A DNA stretch of 63,980 nt, counting the filler, from Basidioascus undulatus (lineage: Eukaryota), in NCBI GenBank assembly GCA_000826855.1. It is 11 parts of 11 records of this genome, joined end to end, with 100 filler letters (N's around TTAATTAATTAA, not from the genome) between each part and the next. Parts side by side here need not be neighbours in the genome. Positions count along the whole stretch, not along the records: positions 3,930 to 28,732 come from JTLS01000231.1; positions 28,833 to 32,660 come from JTLS01002310.1; positions 32,761 to 36,587 come from JTLS01002311.1; positions 36,688 to 40,513 come from JTLS01002312.1; 7 more parts are not named here. One strand, given 5' to 3'. Numbering within the stretch: the stretch's first letter is position 1; each line of letters begins with the position of its first letter. A program made the translations under genes and the position numbers. The notes below the pieces were generated by a model. That model did not search any database. It saw only the letters and a list, made by a program, of their open reading frames with translations, and was not told where the DNA came from. Of this stretch, positions 27,901 to 39,649 are shown one piece after another.

Positions 27901-28732
27901 TGCAGGCGAGGTGGGCGTGCTGCTGCTGGAGCGACATGGGCGTGTCCACGGACGGGGTCGGCTGGTGCGCGGTCGCGTGCTGAGGGGTCTGGGAGGACGC
28001 GGAACCGTGCGCGGGAGAGATGATGCCGGGGTCCGAGGGAGGGAGAAAGGACGGGGTGGACGCGATGGGACCACCGAACGGATCGAAGCTCTCGAGGTTG
28101 TCGAGGCCGAGACCGGCGGTGGCAGCACCGGCGCCGGGTACGACGGCGGGCTCGTCAAAGAAGCTGAAGTCGTCCTCGGTGACGATGCCGCCCATGCCGT
28201 CGTCACCGAAGATGTCCATCCCGCCCATGTCGAAGTTGCCGAACCCGCCCCAGTCGTCCTCGGCAGCGGCAGGGGCGGATACCGGCGCAGCAGCAGGGGC
28301 GGGCATGGACATCGACATGGACATCGACATGGGAAGGGCGGCAGAGTGCGGGAGAAGCTGGTGCGGCGTGGGGAAGTCGGGTGGGGTAGGGTAGACGGTT
28401 TGGGGTGCGGGCGCGGGAGGCGGCGGTGGAGCTTGTTGGGGCAGGGCGAAGGCGGGCTTAGCGATCGCCGCGGCGGCTTGCTTTTGTTGTTGCTGCTGCT
28501 GTTGGACGGCGGCAGCCTTCGCCGCGCGCTCCTCGCGCTCTTTCTCGTCGACCGCCTCTACCCAGGCGCGGGACTGCTCGACGGCGGCGCGAATCGGGTC
28601 GCGGAAGGTCGATGCGGTTGCGCCTGGATGGGTCATCGACCGCCATGCGAGGGGATCGGCATCGCCGTGGAGAAGGAGCGCGTTCGCTGGTTGCGCAGCG
28701 GAGGAGACGGGGGGTGGGCGGGTGCTGATTGA
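24939..28732 (-). CDS. MED13: Mediator kinase-module subunit Med13 (Ssn2/Srb9), 3' part
   Basis: VYPTPP and VTEDDFSFFD motifs; SPVALRFWDKMGFSPLSGRKDV; LHVAYALDDEAEWIFAACVDERGE; LRDVTRSFHDLAVLA...VPFHVATV. 5' end is off the contig. Confidence 0.9.
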
Positions 28733-29627
28733 NNNNNNNNNNNNNNNNNNNNNNNNNNNNNNNNNNNNNNNNNNNNTTAATTAATTAANNNNNNNNNNNN
28801 NNNNNNNNNNNNNNNNNNNNNNNNNNNNNNNNGTTTCGAAGACCTGGAACCCTCATTGGACTCGCTTCGTGCCCAAAAGGCGAAGTTCGATCAGGCTGTG
28901 CAGAGTCGCCTCTCGCCAGCTGCAGCATGCAGAGTTGTAACGGTGCTTCACATAAAAGCGCACGCGGATGGTACGTGGTATGAGGAGCGCGTGGCAGACG
29001 GGACAGTTTGGGATATGGCGGACGAACGATCGCCGGTGCAAGCGGAGAGTGTGGAGGGCTTTAAAGAAATAGCCGCAAACGCATATAAATGACCTGGATA
29101 TTTAAGAAGATTGATGATTTGGAGAGGCCGCATAACGAATATAGTCTTGGAAAGCTTGCAAGGAAGGGCGGGCTGGCAACCCAGGAGATTGAGCAGCCAA
29201 CTTCACGCAACGATATAGTACTCCTAAGGTTGGATTACTATAGTAGCCTAATATTTGAGCAATTCAGTCCAATAGTCGATTGATGAGAAGGTGAGCAGCA
29301 TGTTGTCGACTACATGAACACAGGGCTGCACTGACCACAACCTCGGCTATTAAGACACACATGTCATGGACGGCATTTGTTGTTCTTGCGACTCTAATCT
29401 TGTCTGGAATCATCATAACCGAAGAATGCCAGGATGGTCACCCTGCGTATCCAGGCTGTCCCTTCGGAGCTAGCGGCAGCCCAGTATGCGCGCCGAAGAC
29501 GCTCGCATGCCTTTGAGTGCTCCTTCCCTCACCCTTGCGCAAAACACTCATCTCCCTCAAAATGCTTAACTAACGCAACCCTTCCATCTTACGACTTTCT
29601 TCTTTAAAATCGACTCTCATTCTCAAG

Positions 29628-31283
29628 ATGCTCGACTCGCTGCCGTACGATGTCTTGCTCTCGATCGGCGCACTCACCCAGCCCGACTTGCAGACGAGGC
29701 TCAACCCCTTAATCCACGTCAACAAGCGTCTGCGGGCTTCGCTCCTGCACCTCGAATTTCGGAACATCGTCCTCGATCGTTCGTTCAGATTCGGAGAAGA
29801 GCCGCTCAGCGGGATCGAGAAAGTGCTGGCGGTTCTGACAGTTCCGGATGTCGCGTAGGCGGTTCGGTGCGTCCCACTTGAACAAAAGGCTAGGAGACGC
29901 TCACGTTCACACCTTGATGATTTTCAGGGGACTTCACATAAAGAATGGTATACTGTCACCGGACGCGAACGTCCAGCGTCGCACCCATCTGCAGACCCTT
30001 TTGCGTCTTCTCCCGTCTCTCGGTGCGCATACGGCGCTTCGCATCGCTCCGAGAGGCTCCAGCAAACGACAATACTGACTCTCTTAACTCTTTATGAACA
30101 CGCAGAGTACTTCTCGTGGTCCGCGTCCGAGCCTCCGACTCTCACAATCCTGTCGCACCTTTCCACCGTCCCCACTCTACGCTCCCTCGCCCTCACCTGC
30201 ACGAGCCCCACGCCGGCCGCTCTGCCGACCTCCGGCTTCGCGGCCCTCGAAACGCTTGGTCTGAAGCTTCAGTCCCACTCTGACGATGAGGTGCTCGGCC
30301 TGCTGCATACGACTGCGCCGACGCTGGCGCATCTCACGCTCCGGCTCGACAGCCCTGCCTTTCGGTACCCTCTCATCGGGGGGGCTGGCGACGGCGCACG
30401 GCAGCTTGAAGGCCTCTGGACGAGAATGACCAAACTCGAGTTTCTCCATGTGCGACTCGGTGTTCCCGTCCACGGTTCTTGCGATGCTCCGCCGGCAGCT
30501 CTTGCCTTTCTTCCCTCACTTCACACCCTCATCCTCGAGCTTCCCGGGTCGCCTTTCGGTTACCCCGTGCCCCAGTCAGGGGAGGACTCGTTCTCGAAAG
30601 ACGGGATCTGGTCTCACCTTTGTCGCCTACGCACACTCTCTGTCCCCGGAGCGATCTCCTCGCAGGATGCGGTGGCCCTCGTGCGCCGCGCGGGCGAGAC
30701 GCACTGCCCGCTGGCCAGACTGGAGCTCAGAGCTGAATGGGTGGACAACGAGCTCGTGCGCGAAGCGTGCCGGCACTTTGGAACGCTGGAGGAGCTCCGT
30801 CTCGACGTATGGAGCCCCGCTATGGCGACGGGCAAGACGCTGGACGCGGTGCGTGACGACCCTCTTTACTCCATTTGCCTTATCACCAGCTCATCTTCAT
30901 TCGTCTCTTTACAGGAGGAGGCTCTTTCGCACCTGTCGGCCCTACCGCACCTCCGCCTTCTGCACATCGCAAACCTGCACCTCAATCTCGCCGCCTCGGA
31001 CGCGAACCCGCATCCCAACGAACGCGCGTCCGAGAACCCGACCGTGGCAGCCTGGGCGGCGCGCTCCGACGCGCGGCACCACGCGTACACTCTTCGGCTT
31101 GCTCGCGCTTGCCCGCGGCTCGAGCGCATGTTGTGGGAGCCACCGGGAAGGGACGTTGGCGAGGGGGTGGGGCGCGGGTTCATGGATCGGACGGAGGAGG
31201 TCTGGTGGGTGCGGAGGGAGCCGGAAGGGACGATTGCGTTGGAGAGGGAGGTCGTGAGGTTCTTGCCTACGATGGTTGTTTAG
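29628..31283 (+). CDS. F-box-like/leucine-rich-repeat protein
   Basis: MLDSLPYDVLLSI...LIHVNKRLR...FRNIVL (F-box-like), then repeated LxxLxL units (TLAHLTL, KLEFLHV, SLHTLIL, RLRTLSV, TLEELRL, HLRLLHI, CPRLERM). First splice donor is ambiguous. Confidence 0.7.
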
Positions 31284-31605
31284 CGGAACGGAACGCGAAT
31301 GGATACGGATAGATCTGTGGATTATGGTTGCATATTGAACGAACAGTGTAGCATGCGTCAATGGTTGGGGACATGCAATGCCTGTGTGAATGCAGTCAAA
31401 GCAACAACAGGTTAGGAAGCGATCGTTAGTGCATGTAAGCACCGTTCAAATATCCCACCGAGACCTCACAATTTTGCATTACTTTGCGGCTTACCACACG
31501 CACGTCAGCGCCACACACGTTACGTACACGAGTCGACGCATTCTCCTTGCACCGAGACTCTCCTTGCATCCTACAGCACTCGAGATGAGATACGCCACCG
31601 AGGAC

Positions 31606-32660
31606 TCAATGCATACCGCCCCCCTTCCCTCCTGCTTCCGCTCCCGCTCCAGTACCTCCGCCTCCCCACCCTTCGCCTCCTGCTCCTGCGCCCCCGCCTA
31701 AGCGCAAGAACGTCGCCCAGTCCTCCGCGGGCTGGAGCTGCTCGTCCGTAAGGAAGAACATCCCCCTGTGCTGCTGCTGCTGCTGGGAGCTAGGCATCGC
31801 ATATCCGTTTCCGTTCCCCAGAGGGGCATAAGCGTACGCGTGTGCGGGAGGGATGAGCGGTTGCTGGTGTACGGGGGGGTGGTAGAGGTTCGGGTTCGGG
31901 CCGGGGGTCGGGTTCGGGTTCGCGGATGGGGGCGCGTAAGCGTGTGGATGCGCGTTGAGGAGCGCGAGCGGGTTGTCAGGGTGGACGTGCGCGTGCGGGC
32001 CCGAGAAGGCGTATGCGGGCGCGTGGGCGGCTTGCTGAGGAACGGCGATCTGGTGCAGCAGCGACTGAACGAAGGGGTCCGAGAGGTCCAGCCCGTCCGC
32101 GCTGGCGGTGGGCGAGGAGGCAGACGGCGGCGCGTAGAGTCCGCCGGTGGGGCCGGGCGTGGGGACGACCGAGATCGGCGTGGCAGGGGTAGGTACGGGG
32201 GCAGGCGCGGCGGCGAGGGGGACGCTCGTCGTTGGGGTCGGGTGGGGGAGTGATGGTGATAGCTTTGCGCGGGCGGGCGATCTGCAGCGGCTCGACGTAA
32301 GCAGGGCGTTTGGGGGCCCGAGAGAAGTCAATGTTAGCTACGCACGTGGACAGCCCCAAGATCGAGGATGCCACGACCGGCGACGGCACGGGAGCCGGTC
32401 TGCCCTGTGCAACAGGCATGGCCGCGAGTGGATCCGGACCGTCGTTCTTCTCCACCTTGACCTGTTGCTGCTGCTGGTGGCTGGGCTGCCTCGCGAGCCC
32501 TCCCGCCCACTCCTCCACCAGGCCCTCCAAGATCCCTGCCTTCTGCATCGCGCCCTCCCAGCTCTCGCCAATCTCCCTCAAGCACCTTACGCACTCCCTC
32601 GTGCCCTCGAGCGCGTCCTTCCGGCGCTTCGCTGCGGCGGGGCTCTGCTGCACCGCCGCG
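31606..32660 (-). CDS. C-terminal part of a probable fungal-specific (Zn2Cys6-type) transcription factor
   Basis: ECVRCLREIGESWEGAMQKAGILEGLV resembles the last helices of the fungal TF middle homology region, followed by a Pro/Gln-rich tail. The DNA-binding domain is not on the contig. Confidence 0.55.
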
Positions 32661-32760
32661 NNNNNNNNNNNNNNNNNNNNNNNNNNNNNNNNNNNNNNNN
32701 NNNNTTAATTAATTAANNNNNNNNNNNNNNNNNNNNNNNNNNNNNNNNNNNNNNNNNNNN

Positions 32761-33303
32761 CCGACGCGCCCGCCGCCCGCCCCACCGCGGTTCGCGCGGT
32801 AGTTTTCCCGCTCGCGCGCCTGGTTCTCCTTCACCTCGTCCAGGACCTGGTCCGCTACGCGGACGTACTTGATCTATCGCCGACCCATCTCAACAAGTTC
32901 AGCAAGACAAAGGCTAGGGAGGGTGAAAGAGAAGGGCTGAGGAGAGACGTACCGTGTTCCCCCTCAGATACACCTCCGGTAGCCGCCAGAAGCGGTCGCC
33001 GTCCGCGGACGTCTGGTACACCTCGCGGAGAGTGACGTTCATGTACGAGTCGCACGCGATCAGGTGGCCGTTGAACGTCTCGCCCGACTTGAGCTCGACG
33101 AGCTGTCCCCATCCAAATGAACTTCGTCAGAGGAAGAAAGTAATGAGGGCGACGGGGATGCAGCGCGTACCATCGGCTTGTTTTGCGCCGCGGTGAGGAG
33201 GGTGAGCGGCAGCTGGGTTTGTGGAGTGCGAGGGTGTTCAAGATCAGCCAGGAGTCCCAGCGATGGAGATTGCGCCGCGGGGTGGGAGCCTGGAGCTGAC
33301 CAT
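32761..33303 (-). CDS. LSM4: U6 snRNA-associated Sm-like protein Lsm4; 3' end off contig
   Basis: M / [14 protein letters not shown] / [28 protein letters not shown]...[17 protein letters not shown] / [10 protein letters not shown], then the start of an RGG tail. Confidence 0.95.
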
Positions 33304-33778
33304 TGTTGAGCCCGGATCCCTCGCGTCGTTAGAGTCGTAAAAGGGCAAGGAGCAAACGAGCAAGAAGGCGAGTCGAGTGGATGAGCCGAACAGGCGCGGT
33401 GGGCGAACGACGCAATGAGGGAACGATTTCCGCGGATGAACCCGGGAAGAAGGCAATTTCGGCTTTTGCATCGGCCGCAGTCTTCCTTGCCTTGCCCCTT
33501 CACCCTGCGTCCGACGTCTTCTCTTCTCGCTTCGGACCATCCACCTCGCTGCGCACTCACTCACAAACTCCGCGCTCACTCTTGTGCACGGGGCGTATAA
33601 CATCTGTTGAGCTACCGGCTGGAGGGCATTGGGCGGCGGACTAGACTTTGTCAGGTGCGCGGGCGTCGCTTGGTTGGGGAGAGAGAGGGACCCTCCCGCT
33701 CATCAAGGTCCTCCCTGCTCCCGCAGAATACATTCCCACACACCACCCCACATTCCACCCCTCACCCACCCACACACC

Positions 33779-35140
33779 ATGAGCGCCTCCTCGACGTCCT
33801 CGACCTTTTCGCGCCTCCTCGCGCGCTCAAAGTACGCGACCTACGACCCCTCCATCGCCCAGCTCTACACCGCCCCGAAGGCGCACCTCGCGCGCGGCGA
33901 CCTCGGCCTCAAGCGGCCCGTGTACGGCCACCCGGTCGTGCGCGTCTCCTCGCTCGACACGCCCGACCGGCACACGGCGTACCGCCCGTCCTCGGCCGAC
34001 GCCGCGACCGTCCGCCGCTTGCGCGAGATGCAGACGGGGTTCATGAGCCACGTGGGGGACAACACCCAGGTCTGGACCAGCTATGGCTCAAACGACGGTA
34101 TCGTGTCCAAGCCGGCGTCTGAGTCTCAGCCTCAGCAGCAGCTGGCGGAGGACGACCTGAGCAAGTCGGGCGTGTACGGCAAGCCCGACCTCGACGCCAT
34201 GTCCGAGCGCGAGTTCAAGCGCTACCTTGAGCAAGTCCGCACCCTCCGCGGCCAGTTCGCGTCGTACCTGCAGACGCAAGCCGAGCGGCAGGCGCTCGCG
34301 CGGCACCAGCGCGCGGCCAAGGCCGGCTCCGCCGCCCCGCCCTCCGCGCCCCCCGTCGACCTCTTCCAGACGGCCCAGACCGACGCGTCCGCACACCACT
34401 TCTTCCTCGCGTCCTACCACGCCAAGGAGCTGTCCACCCCGACCTCGCGCAAGCTCGTCCCCGCGCCGCACCCGACCGGCGGGCTCCTCTACGCCTCCCC
34501 GACCGAGGTCCATGCGCGGCGGATCGCGCCCTCCATCCCGGGTCGCCTCCTCCCGCAGCCGAGCCGCACGGGGCGGATGCCCGACCGCCAGCGCACGCCC
34601 GTGGCCATCGCCGGGCTCGTCGCGCAGGTCGAGACGCGGCACTCTGGCGCGCGCCGGCCGACGGACTTCGGCTTCGTCGATACGCCCGAGGCGCCGCGCG
34701 ACCTCGACGCGGGCAAGGGCCAGTTCCGCCCGCACGCCCCGCCGCGGATCGACCTCTTCCCTCGCGTCGTGTCCAACACGAGCAAGCCGCTCGACAGCGT
34801 GCGCATCCATATGGAGGTGCGCGAGACGAGCTTCACGGACGAGCACCGGGCGAACCCGCACGCGCTCGGCTCGCCCGAATACGTCGCACACACGGAGGCG
34901 CGGCGCAACGCCGAGCAGCCGTTCAACTTTGTTGAGGGCTTTGGGATCGGCGAGGGGCAGGGGCAGGGGCAGCAGGCGGGGCGCGGGGCCGCGGGCGCGG
35001 CGAGCAGGCGCGGGAGGAAGGGCCTCGGGCTCGGGCTGGGCGCGCGCGCGCTCGGGGCGGAGGGGGGCAAGGGCGACAGGGAGAAGGAGAAGAGCCACCT
35101 TGTGAGCTTGCTTGGGGACCTGTTGAACAAGCAGAAGTAG
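33779..35140 (+). CDS. MRP51: Mitochondrial small ribosomal subunit protein bS1m (Mrp51 family), intronless
   Basis: FSRLLARSKYATYDP...HLARGDLGLKRP, MSEREFKRYLEQVR, HPTGGLLY. Confidence 0.85.
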   Translation: MSASSTSSTFSRLLARSKYATYDPSIAQLYTAPKAHLARGDLGLKRPVYGHPVVRVSSLDTPDRHTAYRPSSADAATVRRLREMQTGFMSHVGDNTQVWTSYGSNDGIVSKPASESQPQQQLAEDDLSKSGVYGKPDLDAMSEREFKRYLEQVRTLRGQFASYLQTQAERQALARHQRAAKAGSAAPPSAPPVDLFQTAQTDASAHHFFLASYHAKELSTPTSRKLVPAPHPTGGLLYASPTEVHARRIAPSIPGRLLPQPSRTGRMPDRQRTPVAIAGLVAQVETRHSGARRPTDFGFVDTPEAPRDLDAGKGQFRPHAPPRIDLFPRVVSNTSKPLDSVRIHMEVRETSFTDEHRANPHALGSPEYVAHTEARRNAEQPFNFVEGFGIGEGQGQGQQAGRGAAGAASRRGRKGLGLGLGARALGAEGGKGDREKEKSHLVSLLGDLLNKQK

Positions 35141-35313
35141 GGCCCGCATGCACGCTTGCGATGGTTTCTTGGGCGCTGCGAGCGTGTTTGGGGTCACGTG
35201 TGTGCCGGCTGAGGAGCCGAGTTGCCCGGTGCACCTTCTTGAACCGTTCTCCCTCTTTCTTCTCAACCACATTCACCTTCTCCTTCCCGTCCTTCTCATC
35301 ATCCACCACCCTC

Positions 35314-36587
35314 ATGGCAATGCTCTCCCGTCTCCCCCGCCTCGCCTCTTCCCTCCCCCGCTCCTCCCGCTCCCTCGCCTCCCTCTCCCCGCGCGCACCT
35401 TCCAACTCCGACATCCGTGTGCGCATAGTTGAAGTCGGCGCGCGCGATGGGCTGCAGAACGAGTCGCGATCGATCCCGGAGGAAGTGAAGGTGGAGCTCC
35501 TGGAGCGGCTGCAGGACGCCGGGCTGCGGACGGTCGAGGTGGGGAGCTTTGTCTCGCCGAAGTGGGTGCCTCAGGTGCGTCTTCCCATTCTCCCTCACCC
35601 TACCCTTTCCTTCCCTTCTGTAATCTTCTTCCCCTCGATCTTTGGCTGAAACGAGAGAAAGAACTCATAGATGGCCGGCTCCGACCGCGTCCTCAAAGCC
35701 TTGAAGCACCGAGAAGGTGACGGTGCAGTCCGGCAGATCCTCGTCCCCAACCAGCGCGGGCTGGACCAGCTCCTCAAGTTCATCGAGGACAACCCCTCCG
35801 CGCCCAAGCCCGAAATGTCAATCTTCACCGCTCCCTCCGAGTCGTTCACCAAGACGAACATCAACAGTGCGTTCCTTCCCTTCCTTGCTGCGGTCTGTAT
35901 ATTCCGACTGAAACGGAGGAGACCAGGCACCGTCGCCCAGTCTCTCGAACTCTTCTCCCGCCTCGCCGAACATGCACTCGCGCGCGGGGTGAAAGTGCGC
36001 GGGTACGTGTCCGTCGCGGTGCACTGCCCGTTCGAGGGGCTCGTCGACCCCCGCAAGACGCGGGACGTGAGCAAGGCGCTGCTGGATATGGGATGCTACG
36101 AGGTGAGAAGGGGGGAGTGCTGTGGGGTGAAGGTGTAAAAGGTGTCGTGCTGACTGAGGGGTTGCGGTGGGGGCACAGGTCTCGGTGTGCGATACGGTCG
36201 GGTCGGTCACACCCGGGCTGTGGGCGGACATGCTCGAGTGCACGATGGGCCAGGTGCCCGTGGAGAAGCTTGCGGTGCGTTAATCTTTCCATTTTTATTG
36301 CTCTTTCCATCGTAGGACGCACTGGCTTATGGTACGACTTATTGTATGTGGGCGCAACAGGTCCATTGCCACGATACGTTCTCCCTTGGCCTCGCGAACG
36401 TCCTCCTCTCCCTGCAAGCCGGCATCCGGACAGTCGACTCCTCGTGCGCCTCCCCTAACTCGCCTCGCAACTCTTCATCTCCTCGCTGACTCCTCACTCC
36501 CACACACAGTGTAGCAGGCCTCGGCGGCTGCCCCTACTCGCCCGGAGCGACCGGTGCGCCTTCCCCCCTCCCCTCCCCTCCCCTCCC
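35314..36587 (+). CDS. HMGCL: Hydroxymethylglutaryl-CoA lyase, mitochondrial; 3' end off contig
   Basis: VRIVEVGARDGLQNE, GSFVSPKWVPQ/MA, LVPNQRG, VRGYVS...CPFEG, MGCYE/VSVCDTVG, VHCHDT, GLGGCPYSPGATG. Confidence 0.96.
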
Positions 36588-37185
36588 NNNNNNNNNNNNN
36601 NNNNNNNNNNNNNNNNNNNNNNNNNNNNNNNTTAATTAATTAANNNNNNNNNNNNNNNNNNNNNNNNNNNNNNNNNNNNNNNNNNNNCTCTACCCCTCCT
36701 GTTGCCCACTAGCGGCGTCGCATGCAGAGCTCTTAACACCTAAACTAAAACTCACCTACGTCTCGCGCAGTGGCAGCAGCAGCATCAGCAAGTGTATCTG
36801 ATTCTCCTTGTATCCCTTCCAACCGTCGCTCCCAAGCGAAGGCACAACGGAAGTTTGATCGAACAAGAGTGAGAAACCGAGCAGCTGTGAACGAGTCTGA
36901 TGCCCTCCTACTCATCCACACTCAGCACGCTATCCTCCCATTAGCGACAAAGCCCAAATGAAAGCCCAAATGGCGAGCGCAGCGGACGACGCCAGCGCGT
37001 GCCGCGTGCGCGGGCGGTAGGTCGCGGATCTATCCATCCTGCAATAAGCCACTTCAAGCGTCGCCCCCTCCCGCTCCGCTGCCTTTCTCCCACCCAGTCC
37101 GCCCCCACTCCAAGCCCAAAAAGAAAGAACCGATCCACGAAAACAGCAGCCCTCCTCCCTGCCCTCCCCGAAGCAGACCGCGCGC

Positions 37186-38075
37186 TCACTGCGTCGCAGA
37201 CCGGTTGTTGCCGTGCCCGTAGAACGCGCCGCCCGCCTGTACCATCCGCGCCGGGTACAGTCAGTTTGGCTGCTCGGAGGAGTGTAGATAGGAAGAAGGG
37301 AGGGTAAGGCAGGAGGGAGAGATGGGAGACCCGCCTTCTGCAAACGCGTGACGATCTCCATCTCGTTGATGTCGGATTTCTCCCGCGCGGGGACGTCGAT
37401 CGAGTAGGAGCGGAGGACGGACTTGACGTCTGCGGCGTGGACGGAGACCTGAGAGGCGGAGGGAGATTCAGCACGCGCGGAAGAGGGAGGGGGAGAGGTC
37501 AGAACCTTCGCTTTCCTCATGACGCCCACGCCCGACCCGATCCAGATGATGAGGATGAACTTTTCCCGGGTGGATTCCTGCATCGCGGACCACCTCCCTC
37601 AGCCGCGTCCCCCCCGCGCAGCTCCGAAAGGCAGACACACCACGTCGTTCGCGTACTTGACCCGCTGCCCTCCCCGCCCTCCCGCCACTCATCTCAGCCC
37701 GGCTCCTCAGAGGAAAGGAAGGGAAGGAAAGGAGGAGACTGACCACGTAAGCAAACTGCGCCTTCCCGTCGTCCAGCTTAGCCTTGACCTCGTCGAGGTC
37801 GCCCATGCCCGTGGCGGAGACGGTGAGCGCGTTGGACTTGTCGGACGTGTAGTCGAGCAGGAGCCACGTCGTCGGCGTCTTGTCGGAGCGGACGTCGTCG
37901 TACCTGTGTGCTTTAGGCTAGGTTAGTGGAAGGGGCGCATATTCAGGTGCGAGTGAGGGGGAAGAAACGGTTGGAGGAAGACCCACGCAGCGGCGATCTC
38001 AGGCGCGGAGACGTCGGCCTGGAGGAAACGGTCAGCGCGCTGCACCCGACCACCATCCTAGAGCGGCTGCACCAT
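37186..38075 (-). CDS. Coactosin-like ADF-H domain actin-binding protein
   Basis: M / ADVSAPEIAA / YDDVRSDKTPTTWLLLDY...GDLDEVKAKLDDGKAQFAY / ...REKFILIIWIGSGVGVMRKAK / VSVHAADVKSVL...RLQKAG / GAFYG...*. Confidence 0.9.
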
Positions 38076-38223
38076 TCTGTGCGATCAAGGAACGAAAAGA
38101 GAGAAGAAACAAAAAGGAATGAAGGAGCTGAGCAGCAGAGTGCGAAGGAGGACAAGCTGATGATGGACGGCGGTGGGAAGGAGGCCCGAGGGTGACACGC
38201 GAGCGGGCGACGCGCTGAGGCGA

Positions 38224-39300
38224 TCAGTCAGGCACGGACGCGTCGGGCTCGCTGCTGGCAACGCTAAAGAAAGAGGGTCGCTCTCTGCAGCTGATGTCAT
38301 TCTTTCGGTAATGCAGTTGTAGAAAGATACATTGGTCTGCCCTGGGAAGCACAGCACGCTGGGGCTTACAGGCATAGGTAGCAGTCGCACGAGTAGACGA
38401 GACGAGGCTTACAAACGCTGCTTGCCTTTCTTTCTCGGTTCTCAGCTCAGCTCGAGATGCAACATGCTGTACGACGAAATGAACATCGTATTTAGTTCCC
38501 TCCCGGTCATCTCCCGGCATTTCCAAGCCACAGTAGCCGTCCGCATCCAGCTCGGCACTCCTCAACGCGACCAAGAGCTTGACCAACCCCCGCCGATCGA
38601 CCATGAACGAGTGTCAATGCCTGGAAGCACCCACCGCTCTCTTATCCAGCTGGTACACTGGGGTATCGAAGCGAGGGAGGGGAACGCGCCTAAGGGCTTC
38701 CTCCAGCGGTGTCCCGCCCGCCATTAGCGACTATGAGACCGGGACAGTCAGGGGAAGGACAGGCGGGCGCCAGTTACCTATGAATCGTGACCTTAGGCGC
38801 AAAGTGGAGGAGGGTACACCTGAGGTAGTACCCGCTCGTGAGAAGACAGAGCTCGGGAAGAGGGCAGATGCGGTTATAGCGCCGATATCCGGCTCGATTT
38901 TCGCTGAACATTAAAAAGGTCCGTGAAAGGGGCCATCGTAGCGAGAACGTGGGTCAATATTCGGTGGAGCTGATCGAGAAATCTGGAGCGGGTCTGGTGA
39001 AGCGAGGAGGAGAAGAGCGACTCGGCGAGGGTCGGGGAGAGGTCGAACGCTGCGAGATGGGCGGGGGACAGAGGATCCGGCACTGGCCTAACTGGTGCAG
39101 GTAGAACACTTTGGGTTGAGCGTGTACGGAGAAATGAGATAACCGAGCCAGGTAGGTCGATGCGCACCGAATTGAACGAAGTCCTCCTGCAGCACCCGAC
39201 CCAGTACGGCCCTTCCCTGCCCCTTTCGCGTGCGCCTGACGGCCACGTTCCCGCCAGACACCTCCATCGAGAGTGAAAAGATGCCTGCCATGTTTCAGTG
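38224..39300 (-). CDS. Possible hypothetical multi-exon gene (or relic)
   Basis: Several short open segments with protein-like composition (SPTLAESLF...FLDQLHRILTHVLA; GTPLEEALRRVP; GLVKLLVALRSAELD). No family recognised and exon boundaries are unresolved. Confidence 0.3.
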
Positions 39301-39649
39301 GCCTGCAGCTGCCAGAAGTCTGCGTGATCGACCGAATATGCGGCACGACGGGTGCGGCAGGTCTGCGGAAGCGCAACGTGCGCCGTAAGCAGATATTTGT
39401 AGGTTAGAACGATGAGCAGGATCTCGGTGGGTTAGTTAGTAAAAAAAAGCATTGTTCGATATGAACGAAAAGCCGTATCTGCTTGATTGAAACGAGTCTG
39501 CGATGGTGCTGGTGGGCGGGCAAGAAGGCGAGCGTTCGACACGCGCTCTTCCCCGTCGCGCATCTTGCGCGCTCGTCGAACTCGCACCGCCATCAGCTCC
39601 TCCTCCCTTTCGCTCCCCCTCGTCTCTTCCTCCTTCCAAATCGCCCACA

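Noticed and set aside
20954..35272. Many long antisense or alternate-frame ORFs (e.g. 20954-22228 +, 21058-22338 +, 34088-35272 -)
   Set aside because: Shadow ORFs expected from high GC3 in the real genes; translations are Arg/Ala/Gly-rich without motifs.
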